NCBI RefSeq assembly: GCF_035594765.1
Contig: NC_085842.1
Coordinates: forward strand, 314,325,749-314,389,748
Reading direction: 5' to 3'
Origin: Anolis carolinensis
Lineage: Eukaryota
Length of the DNA: 64,000 bases
The position numbers and the translations under genes were made by a program. The notes beneath the pieces were generated by a model. That model worked only from the letters and a program-made list of their open reading frames with translations. It did no database searches and was not told the origin of the DNA. Position 1 is the stretch's first letter; each line of letters opens with the position of its first letter. Shown in pieces: positions 39,464 to 51,453 of the stretch.

Positions 39464-39547
39464 ATTTATTGCTCTTTCCAATTAAATCAAACTGAAATGT
39501 TACTTTATGAGCTAGCATGCAGCAATGCATATGAATATATGAAGCTA

Positions 39548-39722
39548 CTTTATACCTAGCTGGATCATTAGTTTCTCTAGCTCAGTATTGCCAGCTGTGA
39601 CGATCAGAAAGGGCTCTTTGAGGTTTCCGACAGGAATCTTTCCAAGTCTTATCCGTAGATCCCTGGTATATTCTGGTGGTCTCCCATCCATGTACTAATG
39701 GGACCCAACTCTATCAAGCTTA
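39548..39722 (-). mobile_element. Old 5S rRNA-derived SINE remnant
   Basis: ggtctcccatccatgtactaa is the reverse complement of the 5S internal control region. Confidence 0.55.
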
Positions 39723-40349
39723 GGGTGCCGTGGCTTATCTTCTTCTTTTCTTAATAAAGTGTGCACATGCACACACACACACACATACACATCTTTACCA
39801 AAAATGCAGCTTCCCAGTGATTCATTAAACTCAAAATGCAAGGGCTCCCTCCTTACACAATTAAAACACTTTGCATTTGTGTCAATAGATTTTTTTCCAG
39901 CTGCAGTGTGTGTGTGCTTCTAATCACATTGGGAAAAGAAACATTCCCCTCATTACTTGCAGTGTTTTTGATCAAGGCTCTGCTCCTGCACTCTTGTAAT
40001 TTTAAATGAAAGATAGGACATTTAGCTATCAAGAGGCAGCCCAAGTGCTCTTGCTGCCTGAGGACCTGAGTCTGCACAATCTAAGCAAGGATAAATAAAT
40101 AGAGTGGCTTGAAACTGTCTTATTTATGGCATTAGTCAAAGGGTGTATCTACACTGTAAAATTAACGCTATTTGATGCCACTTTAATTGCTATGGTTTAA
40201 GGCTATGGAATCCTGGGCATTGTAGTTTTGAGAGGCAACAGCACTCTTTGGCAGAAAGGCTGTAGACCTTGTAAAACTACAATTCCCATAATAACACTTT
40301 TTTTTGTAATGAAAGCACAATTAATATAACAACTTTGAGCCTAAAAACC

Positions 40350-40553
40350 CTTGAAGAAGCCAGATTCCCTGTAATTTCGAAAACTAAGCAGGATCAGTCC
40401 TGACCAATATTTGGGTAGGAGACACCCAATGTATGCCAGGTGTTGTTGGCTACATTTTAGAGAATGGAACTTGCAAAAACACCATTAATATTTGAAATTA
40501 ATGGGATCACAATAAGTCTACAGGTGACTTGAAGGCACACACACAACACAACA
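40350..40553 (+). mobile_element. 5S rRNA-derived SINE with Sauria/BovB-like tail
   Basis: Degenerate 5S head (aactaagcaggatcagtcctg...gggtaggagac) and tail gacttgaaggcacacac. Confidence 0.6.
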
Positions 40554-41177
40554 AGTATCCAGAAGAAATTTGTTTGAGAATGGGTAGATCACAACTAGCC
40601 TACAAATAGCACCTAATAGTTTCCTACTTACCATTTCCAGATTTATATGTTGAATTATCTCTTGGTCCTTTCTATGAGTTCAATCTCCTTTTCCTCTTCT
40701 GCCTGGTAGATAATGAGCAAGTGACATATCACCTTTCTGAAATGGCTGCCTGAGGAAATTTGAGCAGAGAGAAGAAAGCTTTAGGAGCTTCTCCAATCAA
40801 GTTTAGAGACTCCATGCCATTGTTTTCTTTTCCTTATGTTTCTTTTAACCTCATCGCCATGCCACTATCATTGACATACTCTGATGTTACAGCTGTAGGC
40901 ACACAACCCTACCTTGTTTTACTTGGCCAGCATCAATATCAAACCACCCCAGTTCCTCCTTCCCATAACCATTGCTGTCACCATTCCTAGAAGAAAATGT
41001 AAGGGGAAATGTTGAAGGAACTGGTCATGAACAGTTTAGTGAAGACAAGACTGAAGGGATGACATGATGGACACTTTAAATATTTTAAGGGTTGACACAG
41101 AGAGGAGCATATTTGCCTGTCCTTTGCTGCCCTAGAAGGTAGAACCAAGCCGAATGGTTGGAAGTTATGGGACAGGC

Positions 41178-41643
41178 ATTTATTTATTTTATTTATTTAT
41201 TTACAGTATTTATATTCCGCCCTTCTCACCCCGAAGGGGACTCAGGGCGGATCACATTATAACACACATAGGGCAAACATTCAATGCCCATAAACACATC
41301 AAACAGAGACAGAGAGAGACACGCAGAGGCAAGTTAACCTTCTTCTGAGGGGATGTTCGATTCTGGCCACAGGGGGGAGCAGCTGCTTCATCCACACTGA
41401 CGGCACTTCCTCATTCCAGGTCGTAAATTAGTTAATCTTGCCTCCCCACTTTTTATAAGTGGTACCTTATCTCCTACTTGATAGATGCAACTATCTTTCG
41501 GGTTGCTAGGTCAGCAACGAGCAGGGGCTATTTTTTATTTTTAATTGACGGGTGCTCACCCCGCCACGGGCTGGCCTCGAACTCATGACCTCATGGTCAG
41601 AGTGATTTAAGGCAGCTGCTCAACAGCTGCGCCACAGCCCGGC
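41178..41643 (-). mobile_element. Anolis SINE2, full length, young
   Basis: Complete head-to-tail match to 43892-44349 in inverted orientation. Confidence 0.9.
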
Positions 41644-42154
41644 ATCAACAAGGAATTGCACTGTTTCAATTGTGATTGTCACAGCTTCACAATTGTTTTC
41701 ACAATCTCAATGAATCAAGTGGTACAATGAAGAAACTTCATCCAAACTGTGAAGTTGGATACAACATTGTTAACACTTAACAACATTGTTAAGTGTGTGG
41801 AATAATAATAATATAATAAAACTTTATTTGTATCCCACCCTATCTCCCTGAGGGGACTCAAATCATGCGCTGAAGAGCATTGTTTAATTACAAAGAAACA
41901 TACAACTGCACACAAAAGGGATCTTATGTATGTTTGTGGGGCCAACAAGATTCTGCCCATAGCATCCTACCAAGTCAATAGCGAAGAATTTAGAACAAAG
42001 ATTGGAATGGGATTTCTCTCATAGGTCTCATGGGTCCCCTGAAGTCATTTGGTTGTCCTTGGAACATTTTGTCATGCTCCATGAGAAAATCACACCTCCA
42101 GGAGCTGAAAGACTCCTCTAAAACATGTCATTCATATATATATATATATATATA

Positions 42155-42690
42155 AAAGCTGTGCCCGGCCACGCGTTGCTGTGGCGAAGTATAGTGGTAT
42201 GGGAAATAAATTATTGAGGAATTGGTAGTAGTTAAGGTAAAGGGTAAAGGTTTTTCCCTGACATTAAGTCCAGTCGTGTCTGACTCTGGGGGTTGGTGCT
42301 CATCTCTATCCACTTCAAAGCAGATAAGATTCTAAATGGGTTATATAGCTGTGTGGAATAGTCTACACTGAGTCTACACTGCCATATAATCCAGTGCAAA
42401 TTAGATAATCTGTGGAAGAGGCCTAAGTGAAGCCTAACTCTGCCTGTCCCCTGGGCAGAGTCGGTTGCTAGGAGACCAAGTGGGCGGAGCTTAGCCTTCT
42501 AACAGGCAGCAATTGGATAAAAACAATTATTCCTCTCCCTCTAATTAGGACTTTATTTTTCTTTTCTTTTTGTTGTATCAACCTAGAGCCGTGGATGATG
42601 GCTTGTGTTGTCAAATTTCGAGGTTGGGGGGCCTGTAGTTCTGTTGTTTTGTTTGCTGCCCTGATGCCATCACTCTTTTATATATATAGA
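42155..42690 (-). mobile_element. Non-autonomous Helitron carrying SINE and MITE fragments
   Basis: Minus 5' TCTATATATATAAAAG after an A; 3' hairpin gccacagcaacgcgtggc-cgggcacagct as in 25798-26361; terminal CTAG degraded. Confidence 0.8.
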
Positions 42691-42702
42691 TAGGCATACA
42701 TA

Positions 42703-43022
42703 TAGAATCATAGAACTGGAAGAGACCTCATGGGCCATCCAGTCCGACCTCTTGCCAAAGCACCACTGACAGATGGCCATACAGCCTCCGTTTAAAAGCC
42801 TCCAAAGAAAGAGCTTCCACCACACTCCAGGGCAGAGAGTTCCACTGCTGAACAGCTCTCTCTCGCAGTGAGGAAGTTCTTCCTAATCTTCAGGTGGACT
42901 CTTCTTTCCTGTAGTTTGAAGCCATTGTTGCACATCCTAGTTTCCAGAGCAGCAGAAAACAAGCTTGCTCCCTCCTCCTTATGACTTCCCCTCACATATT
43001 TGTACATGGCTGTCATGTCTCC
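42703..43022 (-). mobile_element. CR1 3' end
   Basis: MYKYVRGSHKEEGASLFSAALETR..NNGFKLQERR..LKIRKNFLT and a tagaatcatagaa tail. Confidence 0.9.
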
Positions 43023-43387
43023 TTGGTTTTTTAATACAGAAATTCCATTGCTATTAAGAAGGAAAAGGTTGCTTTTCAAACTGGAAGGTGACTTTCTAGA
43101 TATTTCCACTTTCCTTGCAGTGACTGATCTGGTCCTTGGAGGCTTCTGGGTGCCTTGAGTTTGCCCACTAATGTTACAGGTCTTTTGACTCCCTTTTTCA
43201 GAAGACCATTGACCTTTGTTTGCAATCTAATCATCCAATTTTTCTCTTTATTTCCTGTCTTACCTTCTAGAGCATATTGCAAGATCTCCTAATTAAAAAA
43301 CCCTCAGCACTTAAGATATATTTCCTTTATCAGACAGCCGCAGAGTGTCTGCCTCACCCACCCTGACACGCTACACTGCATTATTAC

Positions 43388-43528
43388 CAGTTGACATTTC
43401 ACAAAAGGCCATTTTCCACACTTGAGATTCTGCACACCTTCTGTGATCACCCAGGACTCCGCGATGTTCAGATTGGAATCGTTGGTGTCGTACAATATCC
43501 AGTCCTGTCCTCTGTCTATCATTGCTTC
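43388..43528 (-). CDS. Candidate 141-nt exon (EAMIDRGQDWILYDTNDSNLNIAESWVITEGVQNLKCGKWPFVKCQL)
   Basis: Acceptor ccttctag|, donor ctg|gtaata (an alternative gtgagg donor gives an end at 43358); phase 0-0; CpG-retaining unique sequence. Confidence 0.4.
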
Positions 43529-43891
43529 CTAGAAGGCTTAACCTTGTTCCGGCGGAGGGAGAAAAGGGGGAAACATGGCAGAAGGTTCGGTGCATGCAAG
43601 CTTCAGAAAGGAATACATTTCCAGGGGATCAGAAGTGCATTTGAGCTCAGTTATCTTTATGAAATGAAACTGTGAAACTGAACTGGATTAGGCAGAACTG
43701 GCAGAGAAGCAATGTCCCTCCAAGGCAAAAGACAGGATCACTTGCTTTTGATCCCAGACAGCGTTCATAAGTAGTCAAATTATCAGGTTGCAAACAGATG
43801 TTGGATGCAATCTGACATCCCTTCAGAGGAGCATAAATGTCCACGTGTGGAAATACATTGCAATTTCACTAGCCAACCTCCATGCAGAATG

Positions 43892-44349
43892 GCCGGGCTG
43901 TGGCGCAGGCTGTTGAGCAGCCTGCTGCAATAAATCACTCTGACCATGAGGTCATGAGTTCGAGGCCAGCCCGTGGTGGGGTGAGTACCTGTCAATTAAA
44001 AATAAAAAAAATAGTCCCTGCTCGTTGCTGACCTAGCAACCCGAAAGATAGTTGCATCTATCAAGTAGGAAATAAGGTACCACTTATAAAAGTGGGGAGG
44101 CAAGTTTAACTAATTTATGATTTGGAATGAGGAAGTGCCGTCAGAGTGGATGATGAAGCAGCTGCTCCCCCCTGTGGCCAGAATCGAACATCCCCTCAGG
44201 AGAAGGTTAAATTGCCTCTGTGTCTGTCTGTCTCTGTTTGATGTGTTGTTTATGGGCGTTGAATGTTTGCCCTATATGTGTATAATGTGATCCGCCCTGA
44301 GTCCCCTTCGGGGTGAGAAGGGCGGAATATAAATACTGTAAATAAATAA
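43892..44349 (+). mobile_element. Anolis SINE2, full length
   Basis: Head gccgggctgtggcgcagg, B-box gagttcgaggcc, L2-type tail; the (TAAA)n tail resumes after 45562. Confidence 0.92.
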
Positions 44350-45562
44350 TCTATATCTATATATATAATAAAAGTGAAATCGGAGTATGTATCAGCGTTT
44401 TGATTGGCCTGGCGGAATATGTGCTCGCGTTTTGATTGGCCGCCACTATCCCAGGCCACTGAGACCAACAGGAATGACGGATCTGCACCAAACTTGGCAC
44501 ACTTCATCCCCACGATGCACTTTATGACCTGCTGCCATTTGGGGGAGGATGGACCACAGATGATGGGATTTGCAGTACTTTCAAACACTTTAACTCCCAC
44601 AGACTACTGCAATGCCCACCAATGATAGAAATGGACCAAACTTGGCACACAGAACTCCTGTCGACCCCTTTACATCCTGATGTATATTGGGGCAGGATGG
44701 ACCAAGGATGATGGAATTTGCAGTACCTTCCCTCACTTCTTGAGACCACAGCAACTGCCACAAATCACACAACTGAACCAAACCAGGCACACATATCCCA
44801 AATGACACACTTCACATGCTGCAGCAGTTTGACGGAGGGTGGACCAAGGATTATGGGATTTGCAGTACATTCATCCAATTCACCTCCCACAAACCACTGT
44901 GATGCCCATGAATGACAAAACTGTATCAAACTTGACACGCAGGTGCAGTGTAGCCCACTTTACATCCTGGTGCAGTTTGGGGGAAGAGGGACCGTGGATG
45001 AGGGGACTTACAATATCTTCAGTCACTTCCTGGGACTACTGTGACCCCCACCAATGACTGATCAAGACCAAACTTGGCACATAGAGCCACCATGGCCCAC
45101 TCTACATCTTGGTGAGATTTGAAAGAGCTTGGACCTTGGATGATGGGACTTGCAGTATATTCATTCACTTCCTGAGACCACTGTCACCCCCATCAATGTC
45201 TCATCAAGACCAAACTTCAAACAGAGAACACCCATGACTCACTCTACACCCAGGTGCAGTTTGGAGGATGATGGACCATGGACGATGGGACTTCCAATAC
45301 CTTCACTCACTTCCTGAGAGCACCGCGACCCACACAAATGACTGATCAAGACCAAACATGGTACATGGAGCCCTCATGACCTATTCTACATACTGGCTCT
45401 GTTTGGAGGGGGATGGACACTGGACAATGGGACTTGCATATGGGAGTTGGAGCTCACCCGCACCCACTGAACCCAGCTGACATTGGATATAGGCTACACT
45501 TGGAACACAGGCAAACAATGCCTTTCTCAAATGACCCGGGCATCGCCGGGTCTCCAAGCTAG
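44350..45562 (+). mobile_element. Non-autonomous Helitron with an internal ~143-bp tandem array
   Basis: 5' TC, hairpin GACCCGG-gcatcg-CCGGGTC, 3' CTAG; A^T insertion into the SINE tail. Confidence 0.88.
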
Positions 45563-46419
45563 TAATAAATAAATAACATTACACAACACTAAACTGAGTG
45601 TCTCATGCAATGCATGTTATGCAGTGTACAACCACAATGTGCAACATCACTGCATGTGAAACTCCCTTCCTCCTTTTAGGATAATATATTTTGTTAAGCT
45701 GAATATGTTTGTTGTCTTATGGCAAATAATTCACACCACATAACGGAAACACTTGTATCTAGTTGAAAGCAACCCCTTATGTTTAAAAAAGGATGGGAAG
45801 TGCCTTTGTGGCTTTTAAAACACACAGCGTCCAATATCCTGTGTAGTGTAAATCTGCCACAGTAAAAGCAGGCTATATATTTGTGGCCAATTTCAGGTAG
45901 AAGAGATTGGTTGCTCCATGTAACCTGTCCCTTGGGAGAAAGATTTCTGAAACTCTTGCTGACTCATGGAAGTGGGAACTCTCCTATGGATGAGTTCCCA
46001 CTTCCATCCATCCTATCCTATGGATGTGGTTCAGTTCCTTTTGAGTGATAGCAAAGGCAACAAAAAAGTGGCTGTTTTGCTTTGGCTGCAAAAAAGACTA
46101 TGAAGAGAGACTCAGAGAACATTGCATTCAAATACTGCACACATTTGTTAAAAAACAATTCATCTCAGCAACCTGTGAGTTGGGAAGCAACCTGGCTGAT
46201 CAAACAGGGCTTTTGCCTGACTGCTTGAGGAAGGAAAAGATGGAACCATCAAATCTTGCTTCTCTTGGGGTGAATCTACATTGTAGAATTATTACACCAG
46301 TTTAACACACATGGCTCAATTTTAGGAGTTGTAGTTTCTCTACTAAAGCATGCTAATACCTCAACCACAAGTCCCAGGATACTCTAGTATTGAGCAAAGA
46401 TCCCATGGTCATACTGGCT

Positions 46420-46990
46420 TCTAGGATAGTTGGGAAGTTCAGGCTTGATTTGCCCTAGGACCCATTTATTTGTCTTTTCAGCAGCCCATCGTATTCATAG
46501 AAATTCCTCCAGCACCCCATCTCAAATGAGTCGATTTTATTCCTATCAGCTTTCTTCACTCTCCAGCTTTCACAAACATAGTAGTTCTCAACTTGTGGGT
46601 CCCCAGATGTTTTGGCCTTCAACTCCCAGAAATCCTAACAGCTGGTAAACTGGCTTGGATTTCTGGGAGTTATAGGCCAAAACACCTGGGGACCCACTGA
46701 TTTAGAGAAAGGGGAATGCGATGACATGAACCATCCCCACTTTAGTTTTCATTGGTACATATTGACACTTCTGGATTTTATTGAGTCCCAAGTCCTAGTC
46801 ACCTTTTGATCTCTTGACTGCAGTCTCCATTCTGATTACGTTGACCTAGCCAAAGGATGGCAAATCCTGAACTATAATAAATAAGACAATTAATATTTCA
46901 GTGTCCTCATTATCTACTTTAGGCCACAAACACTTTGACCACCCACTGGGTTAAAGTATTAGCGGAGGTTAGCTAAGAGTTGTTTCCCCC
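46420..46990 (-). mobile_element. Degraded BovB/RTE fragment interrupted by a hAT MITE (about 46580-46700)
   Basis: Reverse-complement RTE blocks; MITE tagttctcaacttgtgggtcccc...ggggacccactg. Confidence 0.6.
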
Positions 46991-47566
46991 CATGTTAGCT
47001 TTGCTTGCTAATTTTATCACGTTAATTTTGTTTCGTAATGGCCATTCTTCCAAATTGCACCTGGTTTCATGGTTTATTAATTTGAGTTTTGCAAGATTGT
47101 TTGAAATATGCCTGGATTTTTCTATTAATCACTTTATGCTTCCCCTCGGGGAGCAGACAGAGCATAAAGTGTTTATTTTCTCAGATAAATAATACCCATT
47201 AACACATTGCAGAGATAAAGTGGTTTTACCATTTCACATATAAGTCTGTTCAGGGAGAGGGATTGAAGAGTGGAGTTAAAATGAGGCTGAACTTCTGCTA
47301 CAATGGGAATGGAATAGGAAGCAGGTACAAATGGTACAATTTAAAACAATGCCTCCTGCTCTTTGTTGTTGTTGTTGAGTGGATTCAAGTCATTTCTGAT
47401 TTATGGTGATCCTAAACTGAACACATTACAGAGTTTTAATGGCAGAAATTCTTCACAACAGTTTTGCCATTCCTTTCCTCTGAATCTGAGAGGGTGTGTA
47501 TCCTTGGCTGAGTGGGGATTTGAATTTAGGTTTCTAGAATCATGGTCCAAGGCTCAAGCCACTCCA

Positions 47567-47828
47567 TTTTTTTAATGTCAGGAAAAACTTGAGAAACTGC
47601 AAGTTGCTTCTGGTGCGAGAGAATTGGTTGTCTGCAAGGATGTTACCCAGGGAACGCCCGGATGTTTGATGTTTTACCATTCTTGTGGGAGGTTTCTCTC
47701 ATATTCCCAAATGGGGAGCTGAAGCTGACAGAAGGAGCTCATCCACGCTCTCAGGTCAGCAACCCAATCTTCAAGTCAGCAGTCCTGCTGGCACAAGGGT
47801 TTAACCCATTGTGACACCAGATGCTCCC
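47567..47828 (-). mobile_element. tRNA-derived SINE with A-tail
   Basis: Same family as 13598 and 30303. Confidence 0.8.
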
Positions 47829-48289
47829 AAACCTCTCCATGATGGCTCTTCTTTCATTTCTACTAATTAGTAAAATGTTGGCTGGCATCCTCTTAGTGTT
47901 TGTTCAAAGGAGGTTTCTCCTTGCCTCCCTCTGAAGCTAAGAGGGCATGGCTCTCACAACATCGCCCAGTGGGTTTCCATAGCCAAACAGGGATTCAAAC
48001 TCTGGTCTAGAGTCAGAGTCCAATGCTAGTTCTCCATGGCACTCTCTTAGAAGCCTTTAAAATGTTCATGCTGGAATAAAACTTTCCCCCCCACCAACAG
48101 AGAGAAAGCAAACAGCGGGCCATTACTGCCTTCTAGATAGGAAATTCTAGAGCCTAAGGGCAGCCACCTAGAAGGCTCAATCTCTCATCCTTGATAATTG
48201 TATCTGTGGAGGTAGTGAGACTGAAAGAAGGGTCTTCCCTGAATATCTCAAGGCCAGGTGGGTTCATATGGGGAGATATACATGAAAAT

Positions 48290-48866
48290 ATATGGTTCAG
48301 GTCCAGGCTGTTTGTCAAATCGCATCTCCCTGTATAGACCATCTTGGGCACTTTGGTCAGCGGAGGAGGCCCTGCTCTCAGTCCCACCCCCGTCACAAGC
48401 ATGGCTGGTGGGAACGAGAGAGGGGGCCTTCTCCGTGATTGCCCCCCACCTCTGGAACTCCTTACCTATAGAAATTAAAATGGCCCCCACGCTCCTCTCC
48501 TTTAAGAAACTGTTAAAGACACATCTATGCACCTTAGCATACGGAGAGGAGGAGGACTAACATAACTGCCACCCCATAGCAGCTATGGTCTAAGAGAACT
48601 AGAACAAGGACTGAATATTTTCAGAAACTTGGTCACTTAAATTGGTCCAGGTATAAGTTCGCTCTGTGCAATAATGTTTTTACTGACTGTCATGTTTAAA
48701 TTTATTGTTTTTTCTAATGTGGAAATTTTGTTATAACGTTTATGTTAGTCATTTTATACTTTTGATATTAATGAAGAAATTGCGGCATTCAATGTTTGCC
48801 GTTTATATGTATGTTAACTGCGCTGAGTCCTTTTGGGGAGAGAGGGTGGTCTAGAAATAAAGTGTT
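48290..48866 (+). mobile_element. L2 LINE 3' end (older subfamily); an inverted L2 fragment lies at about 48140-48280
   Basis: GSGPGCLSNRISLYRP...GTREGAFSVIAPHLWNSLP...SFKKLLKTHL followed by an L2 tail. Confidence 0.85.
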
Positions 48867-49371
48867 ATTATTTATTTATTTGTTTACAGTATTTATATTC
48901 TGCTCTTCTCACCCCGAAGGGGACTCAGGGCAGATCACAATATACACATAATTGGCAAACATTCAATGCCATATACACATAGAACAGAGACAAAGACAGA
49001 CATAGAGGCAATTTGAACTCCTCCAGCTTCCAACTTCCTGAGGGTATGCTCGATTCCGGCCACAGGGGGAGCAGCTGCTTCATCATCCACTGCGACGGCA
49101 ACTTCCTCATTCCAAACGCTTGCTGGATTATTTTTTTAGGGTGTCGTAGATTAGTTAAATTAGCCTCCCCATATATAAGTGGTACCTAAATTTCCTACTT
49201 GATAGATGCAACTATCTTTCGGGTTGCTTAGGTCAGCAACGAGCAGGGGTTATTTATTTTATTTTAATGGGAGGGTGCTCATTCCGCCACGGGCTGGCCT
49301 CGAACTCATGACCTCTTGGTCAGAGTGATTTATTGCAGCTGGCTACTAACCAGCCTGTGCCACAGCCCGGC
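48866..49371 (-). mobile_element. Anolis SINE2, tail-to-tail with the L2
   Basis: Full head and L2-type tail. Confidence 0.9.
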
Positions 49372-50034
49372 CCCTAACTATTATATAACTATTTAGGATT
49401 TTGTTGGGCCATAACCAGCATTTTGAATTGTGCCCATCATGCCCTTCATACAGTATATTTCTGGCAAATTATGCAGAATTTAAATTGCGGATTCACACTT
49501 CCTTCAGTGCTTATAGTTGAATAATTCATCTGGCAAACCTGGCAATAGGCTTTGAAACATTACACTTTGGGATTACAAAGCCCAGAACTCCCTCAGTCAA
49601 CATGGCCAATATCCCAAGGTGGCCCACCAATATAGGTAGGGAGTCTGCTAAGGCCCAGTTTGCTGTCTGATACATAGAAATTGAGCCAATCTCATCTGGG
49701 AACATCTGTCTTGTGTTGGGAGAAATGGGAGAACACCTTGCAACCCCAAGGCTATGGGAAACTGTTGTTTCATGAGAAGGAAACCTCTATGGTGTCTTTT
49801 TATTTTGTCAGCTTTAGCTTTGTTGCTCTCAAGTTCCTGACATTTCTTTCTAAAATACTTCAGAATATTGCTTATTGAGTTGCTGCCAAGCTGAATAAAA
49901 CACACTTTGTTATTTAAGACCAAAGCGATACTGGATCACATAATGACATACGCTGGGAAGTATTTATTAGTTACAAAGCCCCTGGATATGTCTGAGGCCA
50001 AAATTGTGTTTTGACTGTCTGTCTCCAAGAACCA

Positions 50035-50330
50035 AATACCCCAAAGACACCAGATTTTGTTTAATTTGGAAGCTAAGTGAAGTTGGTCTTGGTTATTATT
50101 TGGATGGGACACGGTCAATGGATATCAGGTGCTGTGGGCTGTATTTCAGAGGAAGGAGATGGCCAAACCACCTCTGAAAATTCCTTGCTTAAGAAAACCC
50201 TATGGAATCAGTGGTGTTACTGTAATTCAATTACCTTGAAAGTACATATACACAAATACTCAATACCTTAAAGACACCAGATCTCATCTGATCTTGGAAG
50301 CTAAGCTGGATCAGCCTTAGTACTTCAATC
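50035..50330 (+). mobile_element. 5S rRNA-derived SINE followed by a second 5S head fragment
   Basis: cagatctcatctgatcttggaagctaagc and ttggatgggacac...caggtgctgtgggct match the 5S rRNA sequence. Confidence 0.7.
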
Positions 50331-50724
50331 TGAGAATTGTAGATTGTATTGCTAAACTTTGACTGAAAATCAAGATGTTTTGTTGTAAATTCTGGTTTGA
50401 GCTCTTCTTAGTGGCAGAATTCATAGTCTAAAATTCTACTGGTTGCTTTCCAGTAGGCCCACTGATTGAGTTGTTGAATGTTGAGTATAGAGGTATATTC
50501 TATCAATTAACTGAATCTACTCTAGCTGGATGCAGAAAATCATTGATATGCAATTGGTCCCAAGTTTGCCCAGACAATCTGAAATGCTACCTCTTTATGT
50601 TGTGGTGTTCAAGTCATTCCCATGATCTTTATGGAATTTTCTTGGACTGAGAGCACATGACTCTATGCTACCAATTTCCTTATCTCAAAGGTGCTATCAG
50701 ATCCTTTTGCATATAGTTCTAGTG

Positions 50725-50859
50725 CAGTGGTTCTCAGTCTTTGGGTCCCCAGGTGTTTTGGTCTACTACTTCCAGAAATCGCAGCCAGTTTACCAGCTGT
50801 TAGGATTGCTGGGAGTTGAAGTCCAAAACATCTGAAGACTCAAAGGTTGAGAACCACTG
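50725..50859. mobile_element. hAT MITE with CAGTGGTTCTCA TIRs
   Basis: TIR cagtggttctca...tgagaaccactg; imperfect 8-bp TSD ttctagtg/ttctagca. Confidence 0.8.
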
Positions 50860-51453
50860 TTCTAGCAGGAACTTCCAGATTTTAAAAATATAGCTACCTG
50901 CGCTGCAAACATCTTGTCGGAAACTGTGCAAAAATAATTAAAAGAGACAAGGAGAGTAGCTTGGGAAAAGCTAATTATTGAGAATACTAGGTGTCTCATT
51001 GGGCCTTGAATATTCTCTGGGCTTTGATTTCAGGACATAGATGCTCAAGTCCTATAATGCACAAGTCAACATTTGCTTTCTGGAATTTTTATAATCATAA
51101 TGTTTGATTTGTGTGAAAGGTAAAGTTGTTGCCATTGCTAATTTGATTCCTCAAAGGGTTTTCTTGGTTTAAATAGAGGAAATTTAGGTTTACTTGACAT
51201 TGCTATTGATGGGTTTTGGTACCAATTCAAAGGGAAAATATAGCCTAAGGAAATCTGGGTTTTGCTACTCCTGGTGTAACAATAGGGAACTAGATAGCAG
51301 CAGTGAGTGGAGTGTTGAATACACTTTTGGTGTTAGCCTGTAGTTAAAAGAAGCTTTCCTGGGTGCTGAATCTTGTCTCTAAAACAGCTTCAGCACTCTG
51401 GATAAATAAATCCCTGAACGGATTCACAGCCCTGTGAACACAGAATCCACGGA

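Noticed and set aside
38809-39559. Long ORFs in the track spanning 38.8-39.5 kb
   Set aside because: They are artefacts of N-gap translation.
601-43528. Assigning a gene symbol to the candidate exons
   Set aside because: No peptide matched a protein I recognise; a database search is needed.
44480-45500. Regularly spaced repeats resembling a CRISPR array
   Set aside because: Whole units are homologous (no unique spacers), the context is eukaryotic, and the array lies within Helitron termini.
50035-50330. Functional 5S rRNA genes
   Set aside because: Heavily diverged and fused to SINE tails.
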